DNA of 64,000 nucleotides from Myxococcota bacterium. Lineage in GTDB: Bacteria; Myxococcota_A; UBA796; UBA2385. The notes beneath the pieces are model-generated. The model saw nothing but the letters and a program-made list of their open reading frames with translations, made no database searches and had not been told where the DNA came from. The position numbers and the translations under genes are program-made. The DNA is taken from NCBI GenBank assembly GCA_044344255.1, contig JBIJDH010000008.1:1-64000 (forward strand), given 5' to 3'. Each line of letters opens with the position of its first letter. The stretch's first letter is position 1. Positions 1 through 9,063 of the stretch are shown here, piece after piece.

Positions 1-113
1 GCCTCGGTCTTGCCATGACGGCCTCCTCCGAAGAGGAGCCTCCACGACTTGAGCTCCAGGGTCCCGACCCGGGGGTGGACTACTTCAGGTGAGCACCCCC
101 CGGGCTACTTCCG

Positions 114-542
114 ATGAGCGCTGCAGCGCTCGCCGATCAGCCGGACGAGGTCCAGGCCGAGCGCGCCCGCCTCGCCAACGACATCGCCGAGTTGGACCAG
201 CGCATCCGCAAAATCGGCCTCCAGGTCGCCGACGACATCCTCACTGGCGACGACGCCAAGGCGATCAACGGCCCGCTCATCGCTCGCCGGGAATCGCTCA
301 AGCTCCGGCTCGCCAACCTCCCCGAGCGCAAGACGGCCCCCACGCCGGACCGGATGGACCCGGCGAAGTTCCGCGCCGCCGTCCTCGAAGCCTGGAGCGC
401 CCGCCCCCTCGACGAGCGCCGCGAAGCGTTGGATCGCCTCGTCGAGAAGATCACGCTTTCAGACGGCGGCGCCCACGTCGACTACCGCGTCAAGGACGAA
501 CAGATCGCGTTTCACCAGCCTGACCCCTCAGGCCCGCCATAG
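114..542 (+). pseudogene. C-terminal fragment of a large serine recombinase (coiled coil plus C-terminal beta region); catalytic domain absent
   Basis: AERARLANDIAELDQRIRKI...ILTGDD...LIARRESLKLRLANL...LDERREALDRLVEKITL...AHVDYRV matches the typical LSR C-terminal pattern. In-frame TGA at 90-92 upstream, so no resolvase domain is attached. Confidence 0.65.
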
Positions 543-2098
543 GCCCCGATATCAGACCGGGTGCCGTCGGCGTCGGTCAGGGAGCTGTCGCCGGCGTTGA
601 TGAGGGTGCTCGACGACTTCAGGGTCCAGTCGTCATTCATCCAGTCGCCGTCATCGGAGACGCCGGTCACCTTGGGATCGACCGCGAGGTTGCCGCTCGT
701 GCCGGTCAGCGTGCCGAGCTCTCCCTCGTAGCCGGTGGTGTTGAGATAGACGTCGTTGTACTGGAAGGTCGCGGTGTCATTCAGCCAGACGCCCGCGCCC
801 TTGTTGCCGTAGATGAGGTTGTTGCGGACGGTGGGCCGCACGAGGTTCCAGGAGACGAGGCCGGCGCCGAAGCCGCCCGCGTCGACCGTGTTGTAGGCGA
901 TGACGTTGTTCTCGACCACAGGGTCGCCATAGGTGGCGCTGTACTCGTAGATCGCCACGCCGCCGCCGTGGGTGCTGGCGTGGTTGTTCGTGATGATGTT
1001 GTTGGCGATGTAGGTGTCGGACGTGCCGATCTGGAGGTCAATGCCGCCGCCCTGGCCGGCCTGGGTGGTGTCGGTGTCGTAGGCCTCGTTGCTGTCGATG
1101 ATGTTGTGAATCACCATCGCGTCGGCGTAAGCCAGCCAGATGGCGCCGCCGTCGCCCGCCGTGTTGCCGATGAGGGTGTTGCCCTCGATGAGGGGGGCGC
1201 CGGAGCGGACGTCGATCGCGCCGCCGTCGCAGCCGTCTTCGGGGCCGCCGAAGCCAGCGTCGTTGTAGCTGATCTCGTTGTTGCGGATGATGGGGTCGCC
1301 GTACCAGCTCCGGATGCCACCGCCGAGCTTCTTCGTGCCGTTGGCCACGTTCTCGGTGATGACGTTGTCCTCGATGGTGGGGGAGGAGGAGTCGATGTAG
1401 ATGCCCGCGCCCTGCTCGGCGGCGCCGTTGCGGACGATGAAGCCGGCGAGGCGAGCGGCGTTCGTCTCTCCGTTCGAGAAGCGCACCACGCTGTCGAGGG
1501 CCTGACCGTCGATGATCGTGTCTTGCGTGTCGCCCTTCGAGTGGACATTGACGTCAATGCCGTTGAAGTCAATGTTCTCGAGGTAGATACCGTAATCCAC
1601 CTCGACCTCGTAACACTCGACCACGGGCGCGAGGTCAATGCCCTCCTGAATGACCTTGAGGGGGTGGGCGAAGCTGCCGTCGCCGCCCGTCACCGCGCCC
1701 ACGCTGACCTGGATAGGACAGAAATCGGCGCAGTCTTTGAGGCCGTCGGTGTCGGTGTCAAGGTCGGCGTCCGAGACGCCGTCGCAGTTGTTGTCGACGT
1801 CGTCACAGAGCTCGTCGGCGCCGGGGTGGATGGCGGCGGCGTCATCTTCGCAGTCACCCTCGTTGGGGGTGTAGCCGTCGCCGTCGGCGTCGATGTCGCC
1901 CGCGTCGGGGCCGGTGTCGACGTCGGTGTCCGCATCGGTGTCCGCGTCGGTGTCCGCGTCGCCCTCTTCGCCGCCGTTGAGCCCAGAGTCCAGGTCACCG
2001 TTGACGACGTCGGGGTCCCTCCCCTTCCCCGGGCCGTAGTTGTTGCAGGCCAGGGCGAGGGTGAGGAGGGACAGGCGGAGGTGCGCAGGCTTGGACAT
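512..2098 (-). CDS. Lipoprotein with acidic DADT linker, MopE-like putative metal-binding motif and right-handed beta-helix domain
   Basis: Lipobox-like LALAC; DGDGY...DC...IHPGA.ELCD.VDNNCDG; repeated GGGI/N-I..N beta-helix motifs; ends DGTRSDIGAYGGP; SD-like GGGAG upstream. Confidence 0.85.
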   Translation of the reverse strand: MSKPAHLRLSLLTLALACNNYGPGKGRDPDVVNGDLDSGLNGGEEGDADTDADTDADTDVDTGPDAGDIDADGDGYTPNEGDCEDDAAAIHPGADELCDDVDNNCDGVSDADLDTDTDGLKDCADFCPIQVSVGAVTGGDGSFAHPLKVIQEGIDLAPVVECYEVEVDYGIYLENIDFNGIDVNVHSKGDTQDTIIDGQALDSVVRFSNGETNAARLAGFIVRNGAAEQGAGIYIDSSSPTIEDNVITENVANGTKKLGGGIRSWYGDPIIRNNEISYNDAGFGGPEDGCDGGAIDVRSGAPLIEGNTLIGNTAGDGGAIWLAYADAMVIHNIIDSNEAYDTDTTQAGQGGGIDLQIGTSDTYIANNIITNNHASTHGGGVAIYEYSATYGDPVVENNVIAYNTVDAGGFGAGLVSWNLVRPTVRNNLIYGNKGAGVWLNDTATFQYNDVYLNTTGYEGELGTLTGTSGNLAVDPKVTGVSDDGDWMNDDWTLKSSSTLINAGDSSLTDADGTRSDIGAYGGPEGSGW

Positions 2099-2182
2099 GG
2101 AGACTCCCTGACCCGCTTCTGACCGACCTCGCCGCGCTCGTCAAGCGGGGCCCCCGCCGGGAGCCGGAGCGTTCGGAGATCG

Positions 2183-4480
2183 TCACGGGCCAGACGTGGG
2201 GAGGGGCCCCCCACCGGGGGGATCGAGGGGCGGCAGGATCGGGGCCGGGGGCACAGTCGGGGCCGGAGGCAGCGGGCCGTCCGTGGGCTTGCCGCGGAGG
2301 CCGCTCCGGCGCCGGAGGGGCGGCTCGGTGGGGGCAGGGTCGGCCGCAGGCGCAGGTGAGCCCTGGGGCGCGGGCGCGGCGGCCGGTGGAGCGCTGGCCT
2401 CGTCCGGCTCGGCGCAGGCCGGGAGGGTCCAGAGGGGGAGGAAGCGCTCGGCGGTCGTGGCCTTCAAGCGCCAGACCCCCTCATTCTCGGCCTCGGCGAT
2501 CGGCTCGGGCGCGGCTTGACCGTCGAGCCGCCCCTCCACGCGCTGGGCGTAGCGGAGATCGGGGGCGAAGAGGTCAAAGACCGTGTTGCCATCGACGTCC
2601 ACGCTGAGCCAATCGCGATGGTAGTCGAGCTCGAGCTCGCCCTGGAAGACCCGCTCGGCCCGCCCCTCCGCGCCGGGGAGCAGGGTCTCGACGTGGAGCT
2701 CCCCCTCGATGAGGCCGACGGGGGGGGACGCATCGAGGCCGAGCACCGGCGCGGCGCTGGCGCCCTCGAGGGCGATATGGAGATCCATCCAGGCGTCTTC
2801 GCCGGGGCCCGCCCAGACGCCGATGGGCTCGTCGTCGAGGCTCACCTCGAGCAGGCAACCCAGCTCCCCCTCCACCTCATGGGGGAGAGACTGCACATGG
2901 AGGCGGCCCTGATAGAGCCGAGTGACATTTCCCTGTCGCGCTCGCAGCTCACCCAGCCAGTCGCCGGAGTCGAGCTCACAGTGGAGCAGGGCCCCGAGGT
3001 CGAGCGCGTCCTGCTCGCTGCCGTCGTACACCGAAGCGTCGATCACCTCGGGATCCCAGGCATACCAGTAAGAGACCTCCCAGCGCCGGGACAGGGGCTC
3101 CACCTGCCAGGCGGGGTCGAAGCGCCAGCCCTCCTCGGCGGCCCCCCAGGTGCGACGATACTCCTCGAGCTCCAGCTCCGCGGGGAGCGCCGGCGCGACG
3201 TAGCCGTCGAGGTCGAGGGTGTGGGCAGCCCCCGCGCATGGGCCCTCTCCCCTCACCTCGACGACGGGGACTGGCGCTGCGGCCCCGCCGATGGTCACGA
3301 GGGCGGTGCGCGCGATCGTGCCCCCCTCGCCCGTCTCCTCGGCCACGTCGACGCGCACGCGGTGGAGCCGCTTGTCGGCGGTGGCGACCAGGGCGGTGTC
3401 ACCGAGCAGGAGCGGGCTGGCGGTGATCGCGCCCAGCGGGACCGTGAACCGGGGAGGCTCGCCGAGGCGGCCGCAAGAGAGGCCGCCGCCGAAGGGGGCG
3501 GTGCAGAGCTGACCTTCAAAGGTGTCGGGATCGACGGTGGTCTCTCGCTTGCCGAGGGTGCCGTCGTAGAGCAGGGCGCCGCCTTCGTGGGCGATCCGGA
3601 TCACCCGCCCGCCGGCCACGATCACGAGCGCGTCTGCGTCGTCGCGGAGGGTCGCGGTGGCGGCGAGGGGGCCGAGGCCCGGCAGGCGGCGGGTCCAGCG
3701 CGGGGCGCCGTCGAGGGCGCTGAGGGCGGTGAGCTCGCCTTCGGCGTCCAGGGCGAAGACACCGCCGCCATCGTAGGCGCCCTTGACCTGCACCGCTGGG
3801 CGGGCGAGGCGAGCCTGCCAGGCGAAGGCGCCGTCCTCGGCGCGGACGGCGCGGAGGTCCTTCCCGCGGACGCCCACCAACAGGCCAGGGACCGCCGCCG
3901 GGGCCCGATCGTCGAAGGCGATGCGGGTCTTCCAGCGCGGGACACCGAGCCGAGGGTCAAAGGCGACGAGGTGGCTGGCCCCGTCCCGCCCGAGCACGAG
4001 GCCACCCTGCACGGCGGTGACGTGGCTGAAGCCCGCAGGGGTGTGCCAGAGGCGCGCCAGCCCGCCCGAGATGACGACGAGGTCACCCCCAACGACGGGC
4101 AGGGCGAGGAGCGCTCCGGAGCCCACCACGGGGCCGGCGGGCACGCCGGGGAGCGGGACCCGCCGGGCGGCCGAGGGGGCCTCGGGATCGAGCAGCACGA
4201 GGGAGCGAGAGAGGCGGAGGGCCACCTCTTCGCCGAGCCAGTCGATCGCCTGCACGCCCCCTTGGAGGGGGAGGCTCCAGGCCAGGCGCGGATCGGCGGG
4301 GCTGGAGACAGGGCTCAGGAGCGGCTGGACGGCCCCCTCGAGCACCGGCTGGCCCGCCGCGTGCGCACGCCCAAAGCTGAAGACGAGCAGCAGGGCGCCC
4401 CCAAGCCGGGGGAACGACAGCGGCACGAGGACCGGGCAGCCGACCTTCGACGGGGCATGGCGGGGCCAGCGGTCAGACAT
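2183..4480 (-). CDS. Secreted PQQ-like beta-propeller repeat protein with Pro-rich C-terminus
   Basis: Signal peptide ending AHA; repeated L.A.D...G..RW blades (LVAFDPRLGVPRW, LRAVRAEDGAFAW, LTALSALDGAPRW). Start uncertain. Confidence 0.7.
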   Translation of the reverse strand: MSDRWPRHAPSKVGCPVLVPLSFPRLGGALLLVFSFGRAHAAGQPVLEGAVQPLLSPVSSPADPRLAWSLPLQGGVQAIDWLGEEVALRLSRSLVLLDPEAPSAARRVPLPGVPAGPVVGSGALLALPVVGGDLVVISGGLARLWHTPAGFSHVTAVQGGLVLGRDGASHLVAFDPRLGVPRWKTRIAFDDRAPAAVPGLLVGVRGKDLRAVRAEDGAFAWQARLARPAVQVKGAYDGGGVFALDAEGELTALSALDGAPRWTRRLPGLGPLAATATLRDDADALVIVAGGRVIRIAHEGGALLYDGTLGKRETTVDPDTFEGQLCTAPFGGGLSCGRLGEPPRFTVPLGAITASPLLLGDTALVATADKRLHRVRVDVAEETGEGGTIARTALVTIGGAAAPVPVVEVRGEGPCAGAAHTLDLDGYVAPALPAELELEEYRRTWGAAEEGWRFDPAWQVEPLSRRWEVSYWYAWDPEVIDASVYDGSEQDALDLGALLHCELDSGDWLGELRARQGNVTRLYQGRLHVQSLPHEVEGELGCLLEVSLDDEPIGVWAGPGEDAWMDLHIALEGASAAPVLGLDASPPVGLIEGELHVETLLPGAEGRAERVFQGELELDYHRDWLSVDVDGNTVFDLFAPDLRYAQRVEGRLDGQAAPEPIAEAENEGVWRLKATTAERFLPLWTLPACAEPDEASAPPAAAPAPQGSPAPAADPAPTEPPLRRRSGLRGKPTDGPLPPAPTVPPAPILPPLDPPGGGPLPTSGP

Positions 4481-4509
4481 CGGCAGACGAACACCTCGTC
4501 GGGGGGATA

Positions 4510-5079
4510 ATGCCCACCGCCCCGCCCAGCCACCGCACCCCGGCGCGGACAGAGGCCCCCTTGCTGACCCGACCCATCCCCGCCCCCGAGCCGGCGCCGC
4601 CCCTGCGCCACCCCGAGCTGCCCCTCCCGGACTATCGCTTCGTCCCTCGGCTCTATCCTCACCCCTATCGGGGAGCGGGCGGGCACCGGCACCTCGCGGA
4701 GGGCGCAGAGGGCTGGCCTCACGCCCAGATGATCGAGCATGGCTGTGATCTGTTTGACCAGCGGTACGTCTGGGAGTCTCACGAGTGCTGGGAGCGGGTC
4801 TGGCATCAGGTGGATCGGGCCGATCCCGTCCACCCCTTCCTCCAAGGGCTCATTCAGGCGGCCGCCTTCTGCATCAAGGTGCACGAAGAGGCCTGGGCCC
4901 CCGCCGATCGGCTCCTCCTGCGCGCCTCCGAGCACCTCGACCGCGCAGAGGCGGCGGTCGGCCCGGTCCAGCACGGGGTAGACCTCCCTCGCCTCCGGGC
5001 GCGGCTCCAGTCCTTTCGAGCCGGCGGCGAGTGGCCGGTGATCGGCCTCCCAGAGGTCGGGTCGCACGCTGGGGGGTAG
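4510..5079 (+). CDS. DUF309 domain protein
   Basis: G..LF...YVWESHECWE.VW...FLQGLIQAAA motif. Confidence 0.8.
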   Translation: MPTAPPSHRTPARTEAPLLTRPIPAPEPAPPLRHPELPLPDYRFVPRLYPHPYRGAGGHRHLAEGAEGWPHAQMIEHGCDLFDQRYVWESHECWERVWHQVDRADPVHPFLQGLIQAAAFCIKVHEEAWAPADRLLLRASEHLDRAEAAVGPVQHGVDLPRLRARLQSFRAGGEWPVIGLPEVGSHAGG

Positions 5080-5091
5080 GGCGCGACCGGG

Positions 5092-5760
5092 TCAGTCCTG
5101 GAGCGGCGCGCAGCACCGAAAGGAGATCGTGCCCTCGATCGAGGGGAGGTGCCCGCCGACGGCCTCGAAGCTGCAACGCGCGGGCTCAAAGGAGTACCGC
5201 GCCGCGCCGCGCTTGTCGGTGACCGGCGTGCCGTCGGGGGCCCGCCGCTGGGGGTCGACCCACTCCCAGGCGTTCCCGAGCAGGTTGTAGACCCCCTCGG
5301 GCGTGTGGCAGTCTGGGAAGCTGCCGCCGGCGACCGGGGGGAAGTCCGTGCCGCTCTTCCCCTCCCCCACGCCGCAGGCCCCCCGGTGATAGGCGCCGTC
5401 GGGGGTGGGCCACTCCCGAGCCTCTGCTCCCGCGCAGGCGTCCTGCCACTCCGCGCTCGTACAGAGGTGGAGCCCGGCCCCTGCGCAGGCCGCCGCCGAC
5501 TGGTACCAGGTGATGCCGATGGTCGGCACGCCGGCCGCCGTGGCGGTGACCTGGCCCACCGTGGAGCCATCGGGGTAGCCGGCGCCCTGGTCGCGGTTGC
5601 CCATCGCTCCCGTGAAGGTCGCCTCGTAGGGTTGGATGCAGAAAGAGCCCGCCCGCCCTGGCACCTCGACGAGGCCGTCTGGGCAGGTGCCCGGCCGATC
5701 CTCCCAAGGCTGCGGCGGGGAGCTCGGAGCGCGGGAGCAGGCGATGAGCAGCCAGAGCAT
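5092..5760 (-). CDS. Formylglycine-generating enzyme (SUMF1/FGE-sulfatase) family lipoprotein
   Basis: CPDG.V, FCIQPYEA, A.AC...G..LCT..EW..AC, GVYNLLGNAWEWV, FRCC; GGAGG SD before ATG 5760. Confidence 0.85.
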   Translation of the reverse strand: MLWLLIACSRAPSSPPQPWEDRPGTCPDGLVEVPGRAGSFCIQPYEATFTGAMGNRDQGAGYPDGSTVGQVTATAAGVPTIGITWYQSAAACAGAGLHLCTSAEWQDACAGAEAREWPTPDGAYHRGACGVGEGKSGTDFPPVAGGSFPDCHTPEGVYNLLGNAWEWVDPQRRAPDGTPVTDKRGAARYSFEPARCSFEAVGGHLPSIEGTISFRCCAPLQD

Positions 5761-5808
5761 GGACACCTCCGAGGTGGGAGGGTCGACCTCCGCCTCTGTC
5801 AGCCTCTG

Positions 5809-6417
5809 TTAGCGCGCCGACCAGATCCCGATCCCCATCTCGGAGGTGGCCTGTCCGAGGGCCCGGTTGGGGAGACAGAGCTCCCGCTTGTCCCCCTCGA
5901 GCTCCCGCCAGAAGCGCCCGACCCCCGCGGTGTGCCGATTGGCGCCCGTGATGTCGTGAAAAGCGAGGAAGCGGTGAGGGAACTGTCTGTTCACCTCAAA
6001 GTCTGCCTTCACTCCGCGATAGCTGTGATCGGCGTCGATGAGAACCAGATCGATGGGCCCCAGCGCCGCGCGCCACTCCCGATAGGCGGCCGAGCGCGAG
6101 TCACCCTGGAAGAGCGCGGCCTCCGCGGGCACCCGAAAGGGGAGGCCAAACCGCCGCTGAGCGTATCCGTCATCACAGACCGCCACACGGTCGAAGTGGA
6201 AGTGGCGGTGGAGGCAGGAGACGAGGGCGCCGGTCCAGGCTCCGACCTCGAGGTAGCTCCGGACCCCCTCCGCCTCGATGAAGGCGGCGAAGGCGGCGAG
6301 CTCCTCCGCGGACTGGAGGATGGCGTCGACCCGAGGTTCGCCCGTCTCGCGATAGACCGCCTCCACTCCGGCGTCCCAACAGGGCTCGCCGGCGAGGAGT
6401 GTGGGCCAGTCGCGCAC
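5809..6417 (-). CDS. Class I SAM-dependent methyltransferase (Methyltransf_24-like)
   Basis: YLEVGAWTG, IDLVLIDADHSY.GV..DF, LAFHDI motifs. Confidence 0.8.
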   Translation of the reverse strand: MRDWPTLLAGEPCWDAGVEAVYRETGEPRVDAILQSAEELAAFAAFIEAEGVRSYLEVGAWTGALVSCLHRHFHFDRVAVCDDGYAQRRFGLPFRVPAEAALFQGDSRSAAYREWRAALGPIDLVLIDADHSYRGVKADFEVNRQFPHRFLAFHDITGANRHTAGVGRFWRELEGDKRELCLPNRALGQATSEMGIGIWSAR

Positions 6418-6423
6418 CGCGCC

Positions 6424-8991
6424 CTACTTCACAATTAGGTTGAGCAGGCGACCGGGGATGAAGATCTCCTTCACGACCGCCTTGCCCTCGAGCTGCCGCG
6501 CCACGGCCGTCTGCTCGATCGCCGCCGCGACCACCGCCGCTTGAGCGCTCTCGCGGGGCATTCGGACGGTCGCGCGCATCTTGCCGCCCACCTGAACGGC
6601 GTACTCCACCGTATCTTCGAGCAGCGCAGCCGGATCCCAGGCCGGCCAGGGGGCCCGGGTGAGGGACTCCTCGTGACCCAGCCGCTGCCACAGCTCTTCT
6701 CCGAGGTGGGGCGCGTAGGGAGACAGGATGAGCACGAAGGCTTCGGCCTCCGCGCGGGCCGGCGGCTCGCCCTTGCAGGCGTTGACCAGCTCCATCATCT
6801 TGCTCACGGGCGTGTTGAACTTGAGCGCCTCGATGCCCTCGCTCGCCTCCTTGATGGCGACGTGCAGGGCGCGCTTGACCTCCGGGCTGGTCGTGCCGAG
6901 AGCGCGGGTCTCCCCCGTCTCTTCGTTCACGAACAGACGCCAGACCCGCGACAGGAAGCGGTGGATGCCCTCACAGCCGCTCGTCTGCCAGGGCTTGACC
7001 TGCTCGAGCGGCCCCATGAACATCTCGTAGATGCGCAGGGTGTCGGCGCCGTAGCGAGCGACGATCTCGAGGGGGTCTACGCTGTTGGCGAGCGACTTGC
7101 CCATCTTTCCGAGCTTCTGCTGGACCGGGACGTCGGTGCCGGCCACGTACCAGTCCGTCTCCACCTCTGAGCCGTCCCAGGCCGAGGTGATGCGGGTGCC
7201 CTGCCCGAGGCGCTGCTCGACCGTGTCGGGGTGGTGGTACTTGCCGGCGCTCTCGCGGTTGGCGTAAGCGAGGATCATCCCCTGGTTGAACAGACGGGTG
7301 AAGGGCTCTTTGGTGCTGACCAGACCGCAGTCGTAGAGCACCTTGTGCCAGAACCGCGCGTAGAGCAGGTGGAGCACGGCGTGCTCGACGCCGCCGATGT
7401 ACAGATCCACCGGCCCCCAGTACCGCTCCGCTGCGGGATCAAAGGGGAGCTCGGTGTTGTGGGGATCCATATAGCGGAGGTAGTACCAGCACGACCCTGC
7501 CCACTGGGGCATGGTGTTGGTCTCTCGCGTGGCCGGGCGCCCCTGGTGGGTGGTTCGCAGCCAGGATTCGTCGGCCCGGCCGAGCGGCGGCCGGCCGTCC
7601 GGGGTGGGCTTGTATTCGTCCACAGGGGGCAGCAGCACGGGCAGATCGGCGTAGTCGAGGGCGACCACCTCCCCATCGTCGGTGTGGACGATGGGGAAGG
7701 GCTCACCCCAGTACCGCTGGCGGCTGAACAGCCAGTCCCGCAGCTTGTAGTTGACCTTGCGCGCCCCCTTGCCGCCCTCCACCAGCCAGTGGATGATCCG
7801 CTTCTTGAACTCGGCGACGGTGAGGCCGTTGAACTCGCCCGAGTTGATCGCGCACCCTTCGCCCGGCCAGGCGGCGGCCTCGAAGTCATGCGCGGATCCG
7901 GTGTCGTAGACGGGGCGGATGGGCAGCGAGAAGCGCTTGGCGAAGGCGTGGTCCCGCTCGTCGTGCGCCGGGACGGCCATGATGGCGCCGGTGCCGTAGG
8001 TCATCAGCACGTAGTCGGCCACCCAGATGGGGATCCGCTCACCGTTCACGGGGTTGATGGCGTAGCTGCCCGTGAAGACCCCCGTCTTCTCCTTGTCGGC
8101 GGCGACCTGCCGCTCCATGTCGGAGCGGTTGCGGGCCACCTGCACGTAGGCGGCGACCGCCTCAGCCTGCGCGGGCGTGGTGAGCGCGGTGACGAGGCGG
8201 TGCTCCGGGGCGAGCACACACCAGGTGGCGCCGAAGAGGGTGTCAGGGCGCGTCGTGTAGACGATGAAGTGCTCCGCCGAGCCCTCGATGTCGAAGCGGA
8301 CCTCGGCCCCCTCGGAGCGGCCGATCCACTGCCGCTGCATCTCGAGCACCCCTTCGGGCCAGTCGAGCCCGTCGAGGTCAGTGAGCAGGCGCTCGGCGTA
8401 GGCGGTGATGCGCAGCATCCACTGCTTCATCGTACGTCGCTCGACGATGTCACCCGTCTCGACGTATCGCCCGTCCACCACCTCTTCGTTGGCCAGCACC
8501 GTACCCTGGGCCGGGCACCAGTTCACCGGCACCTCGGCGAGGTAGGCGAGGCCGCGCTCGTGCAGCTTGAGGAAGATCCACTGGGTCCACTTGTAATAGT
8601 CAGCCTCGCAAGTGCTGACCTCGCGGTCCCAGTTGAAGGAGAAGCCGAGCCGGAAGAGCTGCTGCTTGAAGTAGCGGATGTTCTCGCGGGTGATCTCGGC
8701 GGGGTGCCGGTTCTCGCGGTCAGCGGCCCGCTCGGCGGCGAGGCCGAAGGAGTCAAAGCCGATGGGGTTGAGCACCGAGAAGCCGCGCATCCGCTTGTAC
8801 CGCGCGACGATGTCGATGGCGGTGTAACTCTCGGGGTGCCCCACGTGCAGGCCAGAGCCCGAGGGGTACGGGAACATACACAGTGTGTAGTACTTCGGCT
8901 TCGAGGGATCGATCTCGGCCTTGAAGCTTTCGTGCTCTGCCCAGTGCTGTTGCCAGCGGGGCTCGATGTCGGCGGGCGTATAGCGGCTCAT
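6424..8991 (-). CDS. leuS: Leucine--tRNA ligase
   Basis: MFPYPSGSGLHVGH (HIGH), YTTRPDTLFG editing domain, LRDWLFSRQRYWGEP, KMGKS (KMSKS variant). Confidence 0.98.
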   Translation of the reverse strand: MSRYTPADIEPRWQQHWAEHESFKAEIDPSKPKYYTLCMFPYPSGSGLHVGHPESYTAIDIVARYKRMRGFSVLNPIGFDSFGLAAERAADRENRHPAEITRENIRYFKQQLFRLGFSFNWDREVSTCEADYYKWTQWIFLKLHERGLAYLAEVPVNWCPAQGTVLANEEVVDGRYVETGDIVERRTMKQWMLRITAYAERLLTDLDGLDWPEGVLEMQRQWIGRSEGAEVRFDIEGSAEHFIVYTTRPDTLFGATWCVLAPEHRLVTALTTPAQAEAVAAYVQVARNRSDMERQVAADKEKTGVFTGSYAINPVNGERIPIWVADYVLMTYGTGAIMAVPAHDERDHAFAKRFSLPIRPVYDTGSAHDFEAAAWPGEGCAINSGEFNGLTVAEFKKRIIHWLVEGGKGARKVNYKLRDWLFSRQRYWGEPFPIVHTDDGEVVALDYADLPVLLPPVDEYKPTPDGRPPLGRADESWLRTTHQGRPATRETNTMPQWAGSCWYYLRYMDPHNTELPFDPAAERYWGPVDLYIGGVEHAVLHLLYARFWHKVLYDCGLVSTKEPFTRLFNQGMILAYANRESAGKYHHPDTVEQRLGQGTRITSAWDGSEVETDWYVAGTDVPVQQKLGKMGKSLANSVDPLEIVARYGADTLRIYEMFMGPLEQVKPWQTSGCEGIHRFLSRVWRLFVNEETGETRALGTTSPEVKRALHVAIKEASEGIEALKFNTPVSKMMELVNACKGEPPARAEAEAFVLILSPYAPHLGEELWQRLGHEESLTRAPWPAWDPAALLEDTVEYAVQVGGKMRATVRMPRESAQAAVVAAAIEQTAVARQLEGKAVVKEIFIPGRLLNLIVK

Positions 8992-9063
8992 GGAGGCTCC
9001 AGGGCGGCGGCTTTAACCGATCCACCGACCGAGGGCCCGACCGCCTCCTCTCCGCCCGGCCCT

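Noticed and set aside
1..542. Intact prophage or integrative element
   Set aside because: Only a recombinase C-terminal remnant is visible; there are no phage, transposase or conjugation genes in the window.
7090..7115. KMGKS instead of KMSKS in LeuRS
   Set aside because: A recognised natural variant of the class I synthetase motif; the rest of the enzyme is canonical.
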